A stretch of DNA of 64,000 bases, taken from positions 1 through 64,000 of the forward strand of contig NIVC01002061.1 of the NCBI GenBank assembly GCA_002269645.1, in the 5' to 3' direction. A model generated the notes under the pieces. That model saw only the letters and a program-made list of their open reading frames with translations. It ran no database searches and was not told where the DNA came from. Every line of letters starts with the position of its first letter. Position 1 is the first letter of the stretch. Below are positions 1-11,299 of this stretch, one piece after another. A program made the translations under genes and the position numbers. This DNA is from Macrostomum lignano (taxonomy: Eukaryota).

Positions 1-116
1 GCCCGAGTCCAGTTAAAACAAATAGAAACAGTCTAAAAAATTCACCTTGCTCAAAAGCAGCGGCACCAGTTTCAAAAAGCTCAGTAGTAACAGCCATGCT
101 CGGTACAGGTGCTCAC

Positions 117-345
117 GCAAGTGACTTTTAGAGACGGCCTCTACAACATTATAGGCGTGCCGACTGTCCAGCACAAGCAGGAATGTAATAACAATATCGT
201 GATAGCCCTGATAATAGTGCAGGTGAGAATTCGCGTGCAACACTCGCATAATGGTCTCCACTAGCTGGTCCTGGTAGGACATTCGCACCTGCTCGTCCAT
301 GCCGGGCGGGAATCGCTTCAGGGAGCGCTCAACGTCTAGCACAAC
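117..345 (-). CDS. TBC1D20: TBC1D20-like Rab-GAP, exon 2 (gene continues off the left edge of the window)
   Basis: Translates VVLDVERSLKRFPPGM...LHYYQGYHDIVITFLLV...SHL, carrying the TBC IxxDxxR and YxQ catalytic fingers in the form typical of TBC1D20. Acceptor ctcgcag| before 345; donor |gtgagc after 117. Confidence 0.92.
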
Positions 346-689
346 CTGCGAGTAGATTGGAAGACGGACGGTTGGCTTTGCAAGTTCATCTACTGATAAG
401 TAGAAATTTTAGAGTGTGACGCGAAAAGCTTGCATGGCGGGAAAAACCCTGACGCAACGGCTTCGGCGACATTGCCCAACAACCAGCGCTATACAAAGCA
501 CATACAGACACGTTTACCGATGAGCTGCTCTGCCCCTTAGTGTAGGTCTTAATAGGCCAGTTGATTAAGTCTAGAGGGATGGAAACCGGTACTGCCAGTA
601 TGACCTGGCCTGGTTCAATTTCACTTTTAACTAGCTGACTGACAGGAGACGGTTGAGGGGAAGGAGATGGAAGTGGGGAGACTGGGGGA

Positions 690-1730
690 GAGAGTGGGAG
701 AGGGAAAGTGGGTGGGAGAGTGGGAGAGGGAGAGTGGGTGGGAGAGTTAGAGAGCAGCTAAGAAAGGCAGGCAGAGATATAGACAGCGAGGGAGAGGGGG
801 AGATGGATTGTAGAACAAAGCAACTGGGAGGGAGGAGAGGGAGAGTGGGTGGGAGAGTGAGAGAGGGAGAGTGGGTGGGAGAGTGAGAGAGGGAGAGTGG
901 GTGGGAGAGTGAGAGGGAGAGTGGGTGGGAGAGTGAGAGAGGGAGAGTGAGAGTTGGAGAGTGGGTGGGAGAGTGGGAGAGGGAGAGTGGGTGGGAGAGT
1001 GAGAGAGGGAGAGTGGGTGGGAGAGTGAGAGAGGGAGAGTGGGTGGGAGAGTTAGAGAGCAGCTAAGAAAGGCAGGCAGAGATATAGACAGCGAGGGAGA
1101 GGGGGAGATGGATTGTAGAACAAAGCAACTGGGAGGGTGAGGAGAGGGAGAGTGGGTGGGAGAGTGGGAGAGGGAGAGTGGGTGGGAGAGTGAGAGAGGG
1201 AGAGTGGGTGGAGAGTGAGAGGGAGAGTGGGTGGGAGAGTGAGAGAGGGAGAGTGAGAGTTGGAGAGTGGGTGGGAGAGTGGGAGAGGAGAGTGGGTGGG
1301 AGAGTGAGAGAGGGAGAGTGGGTGGGAGAGTGAGAGAGGGAGAGTGGGTGGAGAGTGAGAGAGGGAGAGTGGGTGGGAGAGTGGGAGGGAGAGTGGGTGG
1401 GAGAGTGAGAGAGGGAGAGTGGGTGGGAGAGTGAGAGAGGGAGAGTGGGTGGGAGAGTGGGAGAGGGAGAGTGGGTGGGAGAGTGGGAGAGGGAGAGTGG
1501 GTGGGAGAGTTAGAGAGGGAGAGTGGGTGGGAGAGTGAGAGGGAGAGTGGTGGGAGAGTGAGAGAGGGAGAGTGGGTGGGAGAGTTAGAGAGGGAGAGTG
1601 GGTGGGAGAGTGAGAGAGGGAGAGTGGGTGGGAGAGTTAGAGAGCAGTTAAGGAAGGCAGGCAGAGATATAGACAGCGAGGGAGAGGGGGAGATGGATTG
1701 TAGAACAAAGCAACTGGGAGGGTGAGGAGA
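690..1730. repeat. GA-rich degenerate minisatellite (gggagagtgggtgggagagtgagaga) with three copies of an embedded ~85-bp block, in TBC1D20 intron 1
   Basis: Direct reading; the block gttagagagcagctaagaaaggcaggc...caactgggaggg recurs at ~746, ~1051 and ~1636. Confidence 0.9.
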
Positions 1731-1852
1731 GGGAGAGAGGACTCAGAAGGATTCAAAATTGGGATAAGCATGGAGGGAGCTGTCAGTAAAGCAGTAATTA
1801 AAGCAACAGGTAAATCAGGCTAAACAAGGAGATCGCAGTCGGATTGGCGCAC

Positions 1853-2164
1853 CTGATTATAATCCGGATGCCGTTTCAACTGTTTCTGAGTCGGCGTCGG
1901 CGGCTCCGGCTTGTCGGCGACGCGGGTAAGCAGCGGCCAGACGAGTCGGCGAAGCTCGTTGGACGCCAGGCCGTAGCGCTCGATGGCCAGGCAGCGGAGG
2001 GCGTCCACATCCGGGGAGCCGGCCGGCGATGTCGCCGAGAGCGCCTCGCGAACTCGCTCGGCTTTCCGACGTCGGAACGTCGCTAGCAAGGCCGCCGCCG
2101 AACTGGCTTCGTCGGTTGCGTCGGCAGACGATGCCGAGGCCGTGGCGGCGGCGTGAGCAGGCAT
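1853..2164 (-). CDS. TBC1D20: TBC1D20-like Rab-GAP, exon 1
   Basis: ATG at 2164; ...DVDALRCLAIERYGLASNELRRLVWPLL...HPDYNQ matches the TBC N-terminus (GL..xLRrxVWP). Donor CAG|gtgcgc is phase 0 and joins in frame to exon 2 (DYNQ|VVLD). Confidence 0.9.
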
Positions 2165-2218
2165 GACTGGGCTCGGCGGTCAGGCTTGGCTTAGCAGTGA
2201 AGATTTATGGCTGCTGCT

Positions 2219-2232
2219 GTTGCCTTGGTAAC
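2219..2232. promoter_or_regulatory. RFX X-box-like palindrome GTTGCCTTGGTAAC, 55 bp upstream of the TBC1D20 ATG; adjacent CRE-like TGATGACGCA
   Basis: Fits the X-box consensus GTNRCC(N0-3)RGYAAC; lies in the proximal promoter or 5' region. Confidence 0.5.
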
Positions 2233-2339
2233 GCTGATGACGCAATAGACAGTTGCTGAGGGCATTAAGTGAATTTTTTACCTCAAGAGCCAAATCAAGA
2301 ATCTTGATTGCGAGCCTGATCAGAGTGGAAAGGAAAGGG

Positions 2340-2801
2340 GTTGAAGATGAGAGATAAGAGAATAGATTGGATGAGATAAAATATAGAGGATAAAAGGAGA
2401 GAAGAGTGGAGAGAGAAAGGGGAGAGCGGAGAGAGTGAGGAGAGATGAGACAAGAGGGGGAAGAGAAGAGGGGAGTTGAGAGAAGGGGTAGATAGAAGAG
2501 GAGAGAGAGGTGAAAGAAAGGGAGAGAGAAGAGAGGGGAGAGAGGTGAAAGAAGAGGGGAGAGAGGTGAAAGAAGAGGGGGAGAGAGGTGAAAGAAGAGG
2601 GGAGAGAGGTGAAAGAAGAGGGGGAGAGAAGAGAGAAGAGAGAAGAGGGGAGAGAGAAGAGAGGGAGACCGGAGAAAGAGGGGAGAGAGAAGAGAGAAGA
2701 TGGGAGAGAGAGAGGGAGAGAGTAGAGGGGAGAGAGGTGAGAGAAGAGGGGAGAGAGAAGAGGGGAGAGGTGAGTCGACCGAGAGGCAGAGAGAGAGAGA
2801 A

Positions 2802-2850
<49 letters not shown>

Positions 2851-2862
2851 GAGAGAGAGAGA
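2340..2862. repeat. Polypurine (GA)n-rich simple/minisatellite repeat
   Basis: Direct reading: gagaggtgaaagaagagggga units and a pure (GA)n tract. Confidence 0.9.
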
Positions 2863-3577
2863 CCTTGAGCGGATGGGATTGCTATTGTAAAGTTTCAAAG
2901 CATCGTCCCTTGGCCCACAGCAACATATTTACTACAGCAGTTTACTAATTTAAAAAAAACATTTAAATGAAATCAAGAAGCAAATATAGCATGTTTTAAT
3001 TCAAATAGCAGAAATGTCATATATTTTTACACATTTATATGGCATCGATAATGACAAGCAGAAATTTTCATTGCCTATGCTGGGCGGTGCAGAGGTGCAA
3101 AAAGCTTACTAATTATTGCTGAACTAATCAGAATGTACGTCGCGTCTAGTACATCCTTATCGGGAAGATGGTTAGAAGCGGATAAAATATAACAGCTTAA
3201 TGAAGTTAGCGAGAATTATTAATATTTATTGAAGTTAAAATTTAATCCTTGGACAAGCCGAGCGGGTACGAGATGACATCTCATTGAGATAACTTCAAGA
3301 CTGAGTGCAGGTGGTACTTTTTAGAACTAGACTTTGCGCGAAAATAACCGATAAGAACTGATGCTGTTAGTAGTTTGTTGTACAGGAAATTACACCAAGT
3401 TAACAGGTCAATACTTATAATTTTATAATCATTACATTATCATAGCTCTTACATGACTAACTGTAACTCGATAGCGTACCCAAAATGCTGATTATAGAAT
3501 AAAATAAATCTCTTTGAATCAACCTGCCTACAACAGGACACTACTACAGCATCAATCTGTCTACTACAGCAGTCTGA

Positions 3578-4712
3578 CTACAGCATCAAACTGCCTACTT
3601 TAGAACACTACCTACAGCATCAAACTGCCTACTTTAGAACACTACCTACAGCATCAAACTGCCCACTTTAGAACACTACCTACAGCATCAAACTGCCTAC
3701 TTTAGAACACTACCTACAGCATCAAACTGCCTACTTTAGAACACTACCTACAGCATCAAACTGCCTACTTTAGAACACTACCTACAGCATCAAACTGCCT
3801 ACTTTAGAACACTACCTACAGCATCAACCTGCCTACTTTAGAACACTACCTACAGCATCAAACTGCCTACTTTAGAACACTACCTACAGCATCAAACTGC
3901 CTACTTTAGAACACTACCTACAGCATCAAACTGCCTATTTAGAACACTACCTACAGCATCAACCTGCCTACTTTAGAACACTACCTACAGCATCAAACTG
4001 CCTACTTTAGAACACTACCTACAGCATCAACCTGCCTACTTTAGAACACTACCTACAGCATCAAACTGCCTACTTTAGAACACTACCTACAGCATCAAAC
4101 TGCCTATTTAGAACACTACCTACAGCATCAACCTGCCTACTTTAGAACACTACCTACAGCATCAAACTGCCTACTTTAGAACACTACCTACAGCATCAAC
4201 CTGCCTACTTTAGAACACTACCTACAGCATCAAACTGCCTACTTTAGAACACTACCTACAGCATCAACTGCCTACTTTAGAACACTACCTACAGCATCAA
4301 ACTGCCTACTTTAGAACACTACCTACAGCATCAAACTGCCTACTTTAGAACACTACCTACAGCATCAAACTGCCTATTTAGAACACTACCTACAGCATCA
4401 ACTGCCTATTTAGAACACTACCTACAGCATCAAACTGCCTACTTTAGAACACTACCTACAGCATCAAACTGCCTACTTTAGAACACTACCTACAGCATCA
4501 ACCTGCCTACTTTAGAACACTACCTACAGCATCAACCTGCCTACTTTAGAACACTACCTACAGCACAAACTGCCTACTTTAGAACACTACCTACAGCATC
4601 AAACTGCCTACTTTAGAACACTACCTACAGATCAAACTGCCTACTTTAGAACACTACCTACAGCATCAAACTGCCTACTTTAGAACACTACCTACAGCAT
4701 CAAACTGCCTAC
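3578..4712. repeat. 34-bp tandem minisatellite (acagcatcaaactgcctactttagaacactacct), ~33 copies
   Basis: Near-identical head-to-tail units with occasional 1-bp deletions. Confidence 0.97.
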
Positions 4713-5314
4713 TACAGCACACTAACCAATGTACTATACAGCATTTATTGGATAATAATAATTGGATGATAATAATCGGATGATAATAAAAACAAGAGTG
4801 CACAAAATTCGCAGCAAAATATCAAGCAAGAAGAGAAAGAGAAGACAGAGAACTCCGTGAGCTAAGCCTATAGTTAATTGCATTACGTTTTATTCATCGC
4901 ATATACTTATAAGAAAGCTTTATTGATCGCGCTGCATCATACTGAGGGGTGAAATCAAAAAAGCATAGAAGAATATTCCAACACGTTTCTGCAATAGTAA
5001 TATTATTAATAATAAGCAACAATTTAAAGAAAACGAAAACTGAAAGCCAATCAATGGGTGACACGCGCAGGAGACGAATAGAGAAACATTTAATGTACAA
5101 AAGCATAAACTGTTTTCTTCAAACACTCGCGCACTACTACAAGTAGCTATTTGTATATCATTACAAAAAATAGATAGGCTGGTGATTCTAGAAAACAGTT
5201 CACTCACCGATTTACACTATTTTTTCAACAGAGGGAATAGCAAGCTCTATTTACTCGTAAACCAAATGATTAACAATAGGGTTCAACTCGTAAACTTTAA
5301 AAGTTTTACTGTTA

Positions 5315-5870
5315 TTCAGTCGCTGTTCTACCATTTTTGAGTCACTGTTCAACCATTTTTCAGTCACTGTTCTACCATTTTTCAGTCACTGTTCTACCAT
5401 TTTTCAGTCACTGTTCTACCATTTTTCAGTCGCTGTTCTACCATTTTTCAGTCACTGTTCTACAAATTTTCAGTCGCTGTTCTACCATTTTTCAGTCACT
5501 GTTCTACCATTTTTCAGTCGCTGTTCTACCATTTTTCAGTCGCTGTTCTACCATTTTTCAGTCACTGTTCTACAAATTTTCAGTCGCTGTTCTACCATTT
5601 TTCAGTCGCTGTTCTACAAATTTTCAGTCGCTGTTCTACCATTTTTCAGTCGCTGTTCTACAAATTTTCAGTCACTGTTCTACAAATTTTCAGTCGCTGT
5701 TCTACCATTTTTCAGTCGCTGTTCTACAAATTTTCAGTCGCTGTTCTACAAATTTTCAGTCGCTGTTCTACAAATTTTCAGTCGCTGTTCTACCATTTTT
5801 CAGTCGCTGTTCTACCATTTTTCAGTCACTGTTCTACCATTTTTCAGTCGCTGTTCTACCATTTTTCAGT
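5315..5870. repeat. 22-bp tandem minisatellite (tttttcagtcgctgttctacca), ~25 copies
   Basis: Head-to-tail units with cg/ca and cc/ca variants. Confidence 0.96.
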
Positions 5871-5877
5871 CGGGGGG

Positions 5878-6010
5878 CCGACTCTTGACTTTTAACGACT
5901 CAAACTCGTGTCTAATGCGGTGGAGACACTGGAGTGGCGTCACAACTGCGTCACGAGAGTTTTAGAATCGTAAAACAGTCTTCCAAGAATCGTTGAGTTA
6001 GCGCTCAACT
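5878..6010 (+). mobile_element. Fragment of an interspersed repeat also present inverted at ~48010-48095
   Basis: gactcttgacttttaacgactcaaa and aagaatcgttgagttagcgct match the reverse complement of 48010-48095. Confidence 0.55.
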
Positions 6011-6282
6011 TTCTTCTTTAGACTTTTTAGCGACTGGAGAACGCCGCTGAGACACCAGAGATGTGACTCTAATCAGCAAGCGACGGATCTATGCTTCAGT
6101 TTCAATTCAGCGACCCTAGCACGCCTCAACTACGACTGCAACGACACTGAGGCGACGCAAGTGACTCTAGGACGCTAATTGGTCTGGGTACAGATTCCAT
6201 TGAGGTGTTCATTGTTCCAGACTCCAGTACGCAGGACACACGTGAAGTCACATTACAGTAATTCAAACCCTGTTTACCCAGC

Positions 6283-7864
6283 TCAAGCGTCTTTATCCCC
6301 GCCATCAATGTACAGCGGCACCGCCAATGGGGGAAACGGCAACGTTGGCGGCACCGCCTGATCCTCGACAGTCGGCACTCCGGCCGCGGAATCGTCGCCA
6401 ACGCCAACAACGTCGTCAATGGTTGGCAAAAGCGACATCGGCAATTCGTCGGCGTCGTCAGCTTCGAAACCGAACGAGGCTGGCGCGGTTGACACGACAG
6501 AGGCGGTCGCCGCCACCGTTGCAGCAGCAGTTGACTGCAAATTGGAAGACTGCGATGCGGCGCTGACGGCGGCAGCCGAGGCGAACACGGCTTCAACAGA
6601 GAGTCCGCTGGCCTCCAGTCCGCGCACGCTCTCAAAAATGTCGTCCATGGAATTCTGGCGCTGAAGGCCTCCGCCTCCGACAGTGCCGCCAGCCGGCTGG
6701 CGCTGATGATCGATCAAAGCGGCGGCGAGGTTCAGGCCGCCGAGCGGCGACACGGCGATGGCATCCAGGGCCGCTGCCGCCGTGGAGCTGACCAGCGCCT
6801 CCTGCAGCGGTCGCGGCGGACGGCCCTTGGCCGAAGCTCCGGCCAACTCCGACACATCATATCCAGACGAGGCCCCATCGTCGTCATTGTCGCTGGCGCC
6901 GCTGCCATCTTTCAAGTCGGAGTCCCGATCTCCTTCTTCGTCGTCGCTGCCTTCTGACGAGGCCGACGATTCGTACATGGCTTTGCAGCGGCCGCGGGGT
7001 CGCTTCAACACTCGCCAGTGCTTGTTGCTGCGGCTATCATCCTCGTCATTCGATCTTTGCCGGCTCCGTTTTGTACTTTTCTGCTTTTTTCGCTTTCGCC
7101 GTTCCGGCAGATCCGACAGTCCGGAAGTGGCCGATGCGGACGCCGTGGCGGCGGCGGCGGCGAAGGCTGCCAGGCTGGACAGCGGCGGCGGGCGGCGGGC
7201 GGAGCCGCGAACAGGCGCAGGTGATTCTTCATTGTCCTCCTCCCCGTCGCATTCGAATATCCGCTTGCCCCTATGCCTGCCGACTGCGCCAGCTGCCGAA
7301 GCTCCGTTGCTAACTGCAGAGTCCAGCTTCCCCGATGCTTCATCTGAATTTTCATCCTCGTCGTCCTCTTCGCCTTCGAAGATTCGTTTGCCCCGAGACG
7401 CTCGGCCGCGTCGGGCCGGCCAGGCTGCACAGTTGGCGCCGTTGATGCTGCACTGTGCCTCTTCTGCTTCTTCATCATCATCATCATCCTCTTCTTCATC
7501 ATCATCTTGGTCCTCGTCTTCCTCGCTGTCTGGCTCGGCGCTCCGCTTCAGGTAGGAATAGTACAGCTTCTTGTGCGCCACCGAGCGGTAGCCTTCGCCG
7601 AGGTCACCGCTGCCGAACCGTCTGGACAGGAGGTCGCCAGCCGCCGCCGCCACCTCCTCGTCGGCTACGTCGCCGTCCGGTATCGCCGCGTCAGTCGGCG
7701 AAGCTTCACCCTCATTGTCGTCGTCATTGCCAGCCTCGTCTGGGTCGTCGTCGAGATCCTCCGAGTTGATGCTGGACGGCGTGTCCTCGAAGATTCGCTT
7801 CTGCCGGATCGCCGGGTCGCGCCGCGCCTGATCGACTGGCGCCAATGGCGGCGGCAGATCCGGC

Positions 7865-7895
<31 letters not shown>

Positions 7896-7932
7896 GCGAG
7901 TTCTCGTCGCCTTCGCCGTCAGCTGCCGACAT
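6283..7932 (-). CDS. 549-aa intronless acidic, Pro/Ala/Ser-rich, probably disordered nuclear protein of unknown function; three KRIFE motifs and a basic NLS-like stretch (RRKRKKQKSTKRSR)
   Basis: 1650-bp open frame in GC-rich sequence with the same Ala/Ser-run style as the ESS2 and TBC1D20 exons. No domain recognised. Confidence 0.75.
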
Positions 7933-8703
7933 CTCGTCTCTCAGGGATTGACGGGCGCTTCAGTGACAGTCGGCTCTGAGGAGCTCTGGAAGGTTGGAAT
8001 GGGATTTTGTAGAGGAGAATCGTTCCATAGATTGGAGCAACAAGAATTTTTTAATGTCTTTGCTGTTCATCCTTTTCTGGAATAAAGGAAAACTTTTTAA
8101 TGCCTTTGCGGCATAATGTCCAACAAGACTGATATGCCATTTCTGATCTCGACAAGTCATGTCTACTAACTAATATTTATATATGCTCAGCTGTCAAGGC
8201 TTATGGGGTGAATTACTGAGAGGTCAATGCTTGGGGGGAATTACTGAGAATTATTACTTACAGGGGACTGCTGAGATGTCAAGGCTGTGAGGTGAGAAGC
8301 TACATGTAGTTTAGGCAAAAAAATATTCCATTCTTTTTCGGCTCCCTAAATCTTTGTCCCTGATCAATTTTACTCGAATAAGGTGATTTTTAACCAAATA
8401 TGGAATGCTTTCAAGAAAATGTGCTTTTATTTTAAAGGATTCAAAATAAATAAAACTAGTTTATATTTTTTGTTGGCCTTTTTTCTGAATAACATTAATA
8501 AAATCAATAACATCAATCCCAGCTTAGTTTCTGTGCCAACATTAGGCTACCAAATCATTAGCACATTGTACTTTTAAAGCTTTTAAAAAAAACAAAAACA
8601 AAAATTGAATTATTATGCAAATTTACTAAGATGAAAGTAAAACAAAAAATAAAAATAAATTGAAAAAACTGACATTTCATACATGGGAAACCTTAGTGGC
8701 TTG

Positions 8704-8831
8704 GGATTCACCTGGCCATTTCTATTGGCAACACATATGTAAGTTGCTATTGGACAAAATAGTAGTCATGACTACTCTTGGCCAATAGCAACTTATATAT
8801 GTGTTGCCAATAGAAATGGCCAGGTGAATCC
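8704..8831. repeat. 128-bp near-perfect palindrome (hairpin / palindromic MITE-like), CpG-free
   Basis: Arm ggattcacctggccatttctattggcaacacatatgtaagttgctattgg pairs with the end of the interval with one mismatch; centre is gtagtcatgactac. Confidence 0.85.
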
Positions 8832-9341
8832 TACCATGATCTTCATAAAAACTTGTAAAAATTGACACTTGATTTTTTGCTCTATACACATCTGGCACTA
8901 AGGTTATATATGTTATATATATGTGCCATAGCATCCTGACTTTTTTTTGGCATCTTGGATTTGGACCTACAATGCCAAATTGACATCCTATTTTTCTAAT
9001 ATTAACTTACCAAACCTATAACAAATTAAATTATCAAGGTCTAGAAACTTATTAATATTAAATTAGAAAGAAAACCTAGAAGTCAAACTGAAACCATTTT
9101 TTGTTTGAATACAAATTGCAAATGTATTTTTTCTGAAATTTAAAATTCTTTTTATTTCTTTCTTCCCTATTGGAATAAGTTGACAAAATGCGGACAACTG
9201 TCTGTCACATTTTTGGATTATCCAAGGTGTAGTGCACTAGAGGGGTAGCGCACACTTAAATCCCTTATTGCAGCCAAGGTCTGAACTGCACCAGACATCC
9301 CTTTTTCCTGCACCAAACTGGGCCAGCATGCTAGACTATGC

Positions 9342-10034
9342 CCCTATTAGAATAAGTTGACAAAATGCGGACGACCATCGTTGCATTTTCGGATTTTCCT
9401 GGTGTTGCATCGCGCGACAGTAGTGTCAAGTGGTATGTTGCATCGCGCATCAGTGCTGTCTAGCACAGTGTCACATCCCGTGACACTGTGGCAACCTGGT
9501 GTCGTGCGACGCGACAGTGTGGCAACTTGGCAACTGGCATTGTCATATGTCGCGTTGCGGCCTGGATCTGCAGCCAAAACCTCGCAAACTGCATATTTCA
9601 TTGTAATCTGTTCACGGACTTGTTTCTCAGTATTTAAATGTTATAAACATGTTTGATAATAACTAGTCTTTGAATTGTTTTTTTTATTTTGACGGTAAAG
9701 TAACTAATACTTCAAATATAATTTTTAGAAATGTCACTTCTTAGTTACAATGCGTGTGCTGTTTTTCTAACTGCTGTACCTTTGTTATTTTACTTTTTAT
9801 TATTTTTAAATTTCATTTCTTTTTGCGCAAAATTAAAAGGAATCCTCTTGTCCTTTGCCCCATGGTCTTGGTCTTTCCCCCCCCCCTTGGTCATTCGGTC
9901 AACAGAAATTGGTATTGTGTGGTGCGTTGCTGCCCCCCAGTCAACAAAATTTGGTGTTGCCTCGCACTTTTGAGGGCACAATTTTGGCACCCGTGTTGCG
10001 TGTCCGCGGGTTTTTGAAACTTATTCCAATAGGG
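9342..10034. mobile_element. 693-bp non-autonomous DNA transposon (MITE family 1), TIR CCCTATTRGAATAAGTT, 8-bp TSD GACTATGC
   Basis: TSD at 9334-9341 and 10035-10042; left end ccctattagaataagtt, right end aacttattccaataggg. An orphan copy of the same left end sits at 9165. Confidence 0.85.
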
Positions 10035-10168
10035 GACTATGCTTATATTGCTGGGAACCAATTTGTGCCAGATCTGGATGTTTTCCACAATAATGGCAAT
10101 TGGCTACAATAGGGACTTAAAAGATGGCATACAGAAGTGAAATTATGTTAAAAGGTAACACACTAGAT

Positions 10169-10464
10169 CATACATGCGCAACAGTTGGCCAAGTCGGCCG
10201 ATCCGGCTGACCGACTTGGCAGCCAACCAAGGAAGTCGCAAAAATGCCCACCCAAAAAAACAAAGTAGTAGTACTAAGTAGCTGACGAGGCATTTTAGCT
10301 TTAAAAGACGGTCATAGTTACTCCTGCCGTTTACCAAAAGTTGCGTTGATTTTGCTTTTCGGTTTTTTTTACATGTAAGTTGCATTTTTGGCCAAAAACT
10401 ACCTCGCATTTTTGTTAAAACTAAGTCACACGGCCGACCGAATTTTGGAGGTTGCGCATGTATG
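10169..10464. mobile_element. 296-bp MITE (family 2, young copy), 14-bp TIR CATACATGCGCAAC, 8-bp TSD CACTAGAT (hAT- or P-like)
   Basis: Perfect TIRs; TSD at 10161-10168 and 10465-10472; homologous copies at 23560 and 55792. Confidence 0.9.
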
Positions 10465-10859
10465 CACTAGATATTTATCTCAATGAAAATGCAACAAAAA
10501 ATTAAATAAAAATAAAAATATTTTTTTTACAAAATGCTACAATTGTAACATACTTATTGGTAGAGTTCTGCTATAGCTATGGATATGGCTATGGAAAGTT
10601 ACAGATAAAGGTTTTTTGGCAAAATATACAGATATAGATATAGTTATAGGAACATATTCTTCCCACATCTAGTTCTTATATCTAGTAAAACAACTCAATT
10701 GAGAATTGAAAGACCATTGGAGCTATTGATTTGATAGGGTTAGGGTAGTAGAAATAATGTTGCCAGTTTCAAAGTGAGGGAAACTTGTAAGTCCCTAAAA
10801 TTTAGGACTCAAGTATCAACATAGATTGTCAATGCCATGTCCATGTTATGGACCTTGTG

Positions 10860-11220
10860 TGGTAGGGGCTAAATTTAAAATGAATGTTTTCAATTTCCAA
10901 GGGAAGCTCTTTAAAGTCTCTACATAGATTTGGAGACTTAGCAACAAAGAGTTTTGATACCACTGGCATGTTGTGGTTGGGTAATAGGGGCTAATGTTAA
11001 GATGAATATTTTCACTTTCAATGCAAAAAGAGCTCTTAAGTCTTAAGGTTGGGGACTTAAACAATAAAGTTTTGATCAAGGGGAGCTTTAAGGTCTTTAG
11101 GATCAGGGACTAGGATGAGGTTAAGATATTTAGGGCTAAATTTAGGATAAACACTTTTATTTTCAATGTGAAAGGAGCTCTTAAGTCCTTAAAAATGGGG
11201 ACTTAAGCAACAAAGACAAA
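10860..11220. repeat. Three degenerate ~100-130-bp direct repeats
   Basis: The motif series agggctaaat...ttttca...agctctt...agtc...ggacttagcaacaaag recurs at ~10865, ~10987 and ~11132. Confidence 0.55.
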
Positions 11221-11299
11221 AATTTTGACACTACATGTACATTGAGCCAATTGAGGTTGGAATAGAGATAAGAGTTAAAGTTAAGATTGTAGAATTATC

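Noticed and set aside
3578-4712. CRISPR-like appearance of 20-34-bp regularly spaced repeats (here and at 29760, 48895, 61785)
   Set aside because: Units are head-to-tail with no unique spacers, there are no cas genes, and the context is eukaryotic with spliceosomal introns.
7960-7962. Selenocysteine recoding of the in-frame TGA
   Set aside because: No selenoprotein-like context (no UxxC/CxxU fold) and no SECIS could be identified by eye; kept only as a low-interest uORF note.
6758-8085. Plus-strand ORFs 6758-7555 and 7507-8085; likewise 15933-16484, 18842-19189, 43866-44627, 43948-44457 and 45857-46414
   Set aside because: Antisense shadows of GC-rich minus-strand coding regions.
9165-9200. 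Second full copy of MITE family 1
   Set aside because: Only the left TIR is present; no matching right end or TSD was found.
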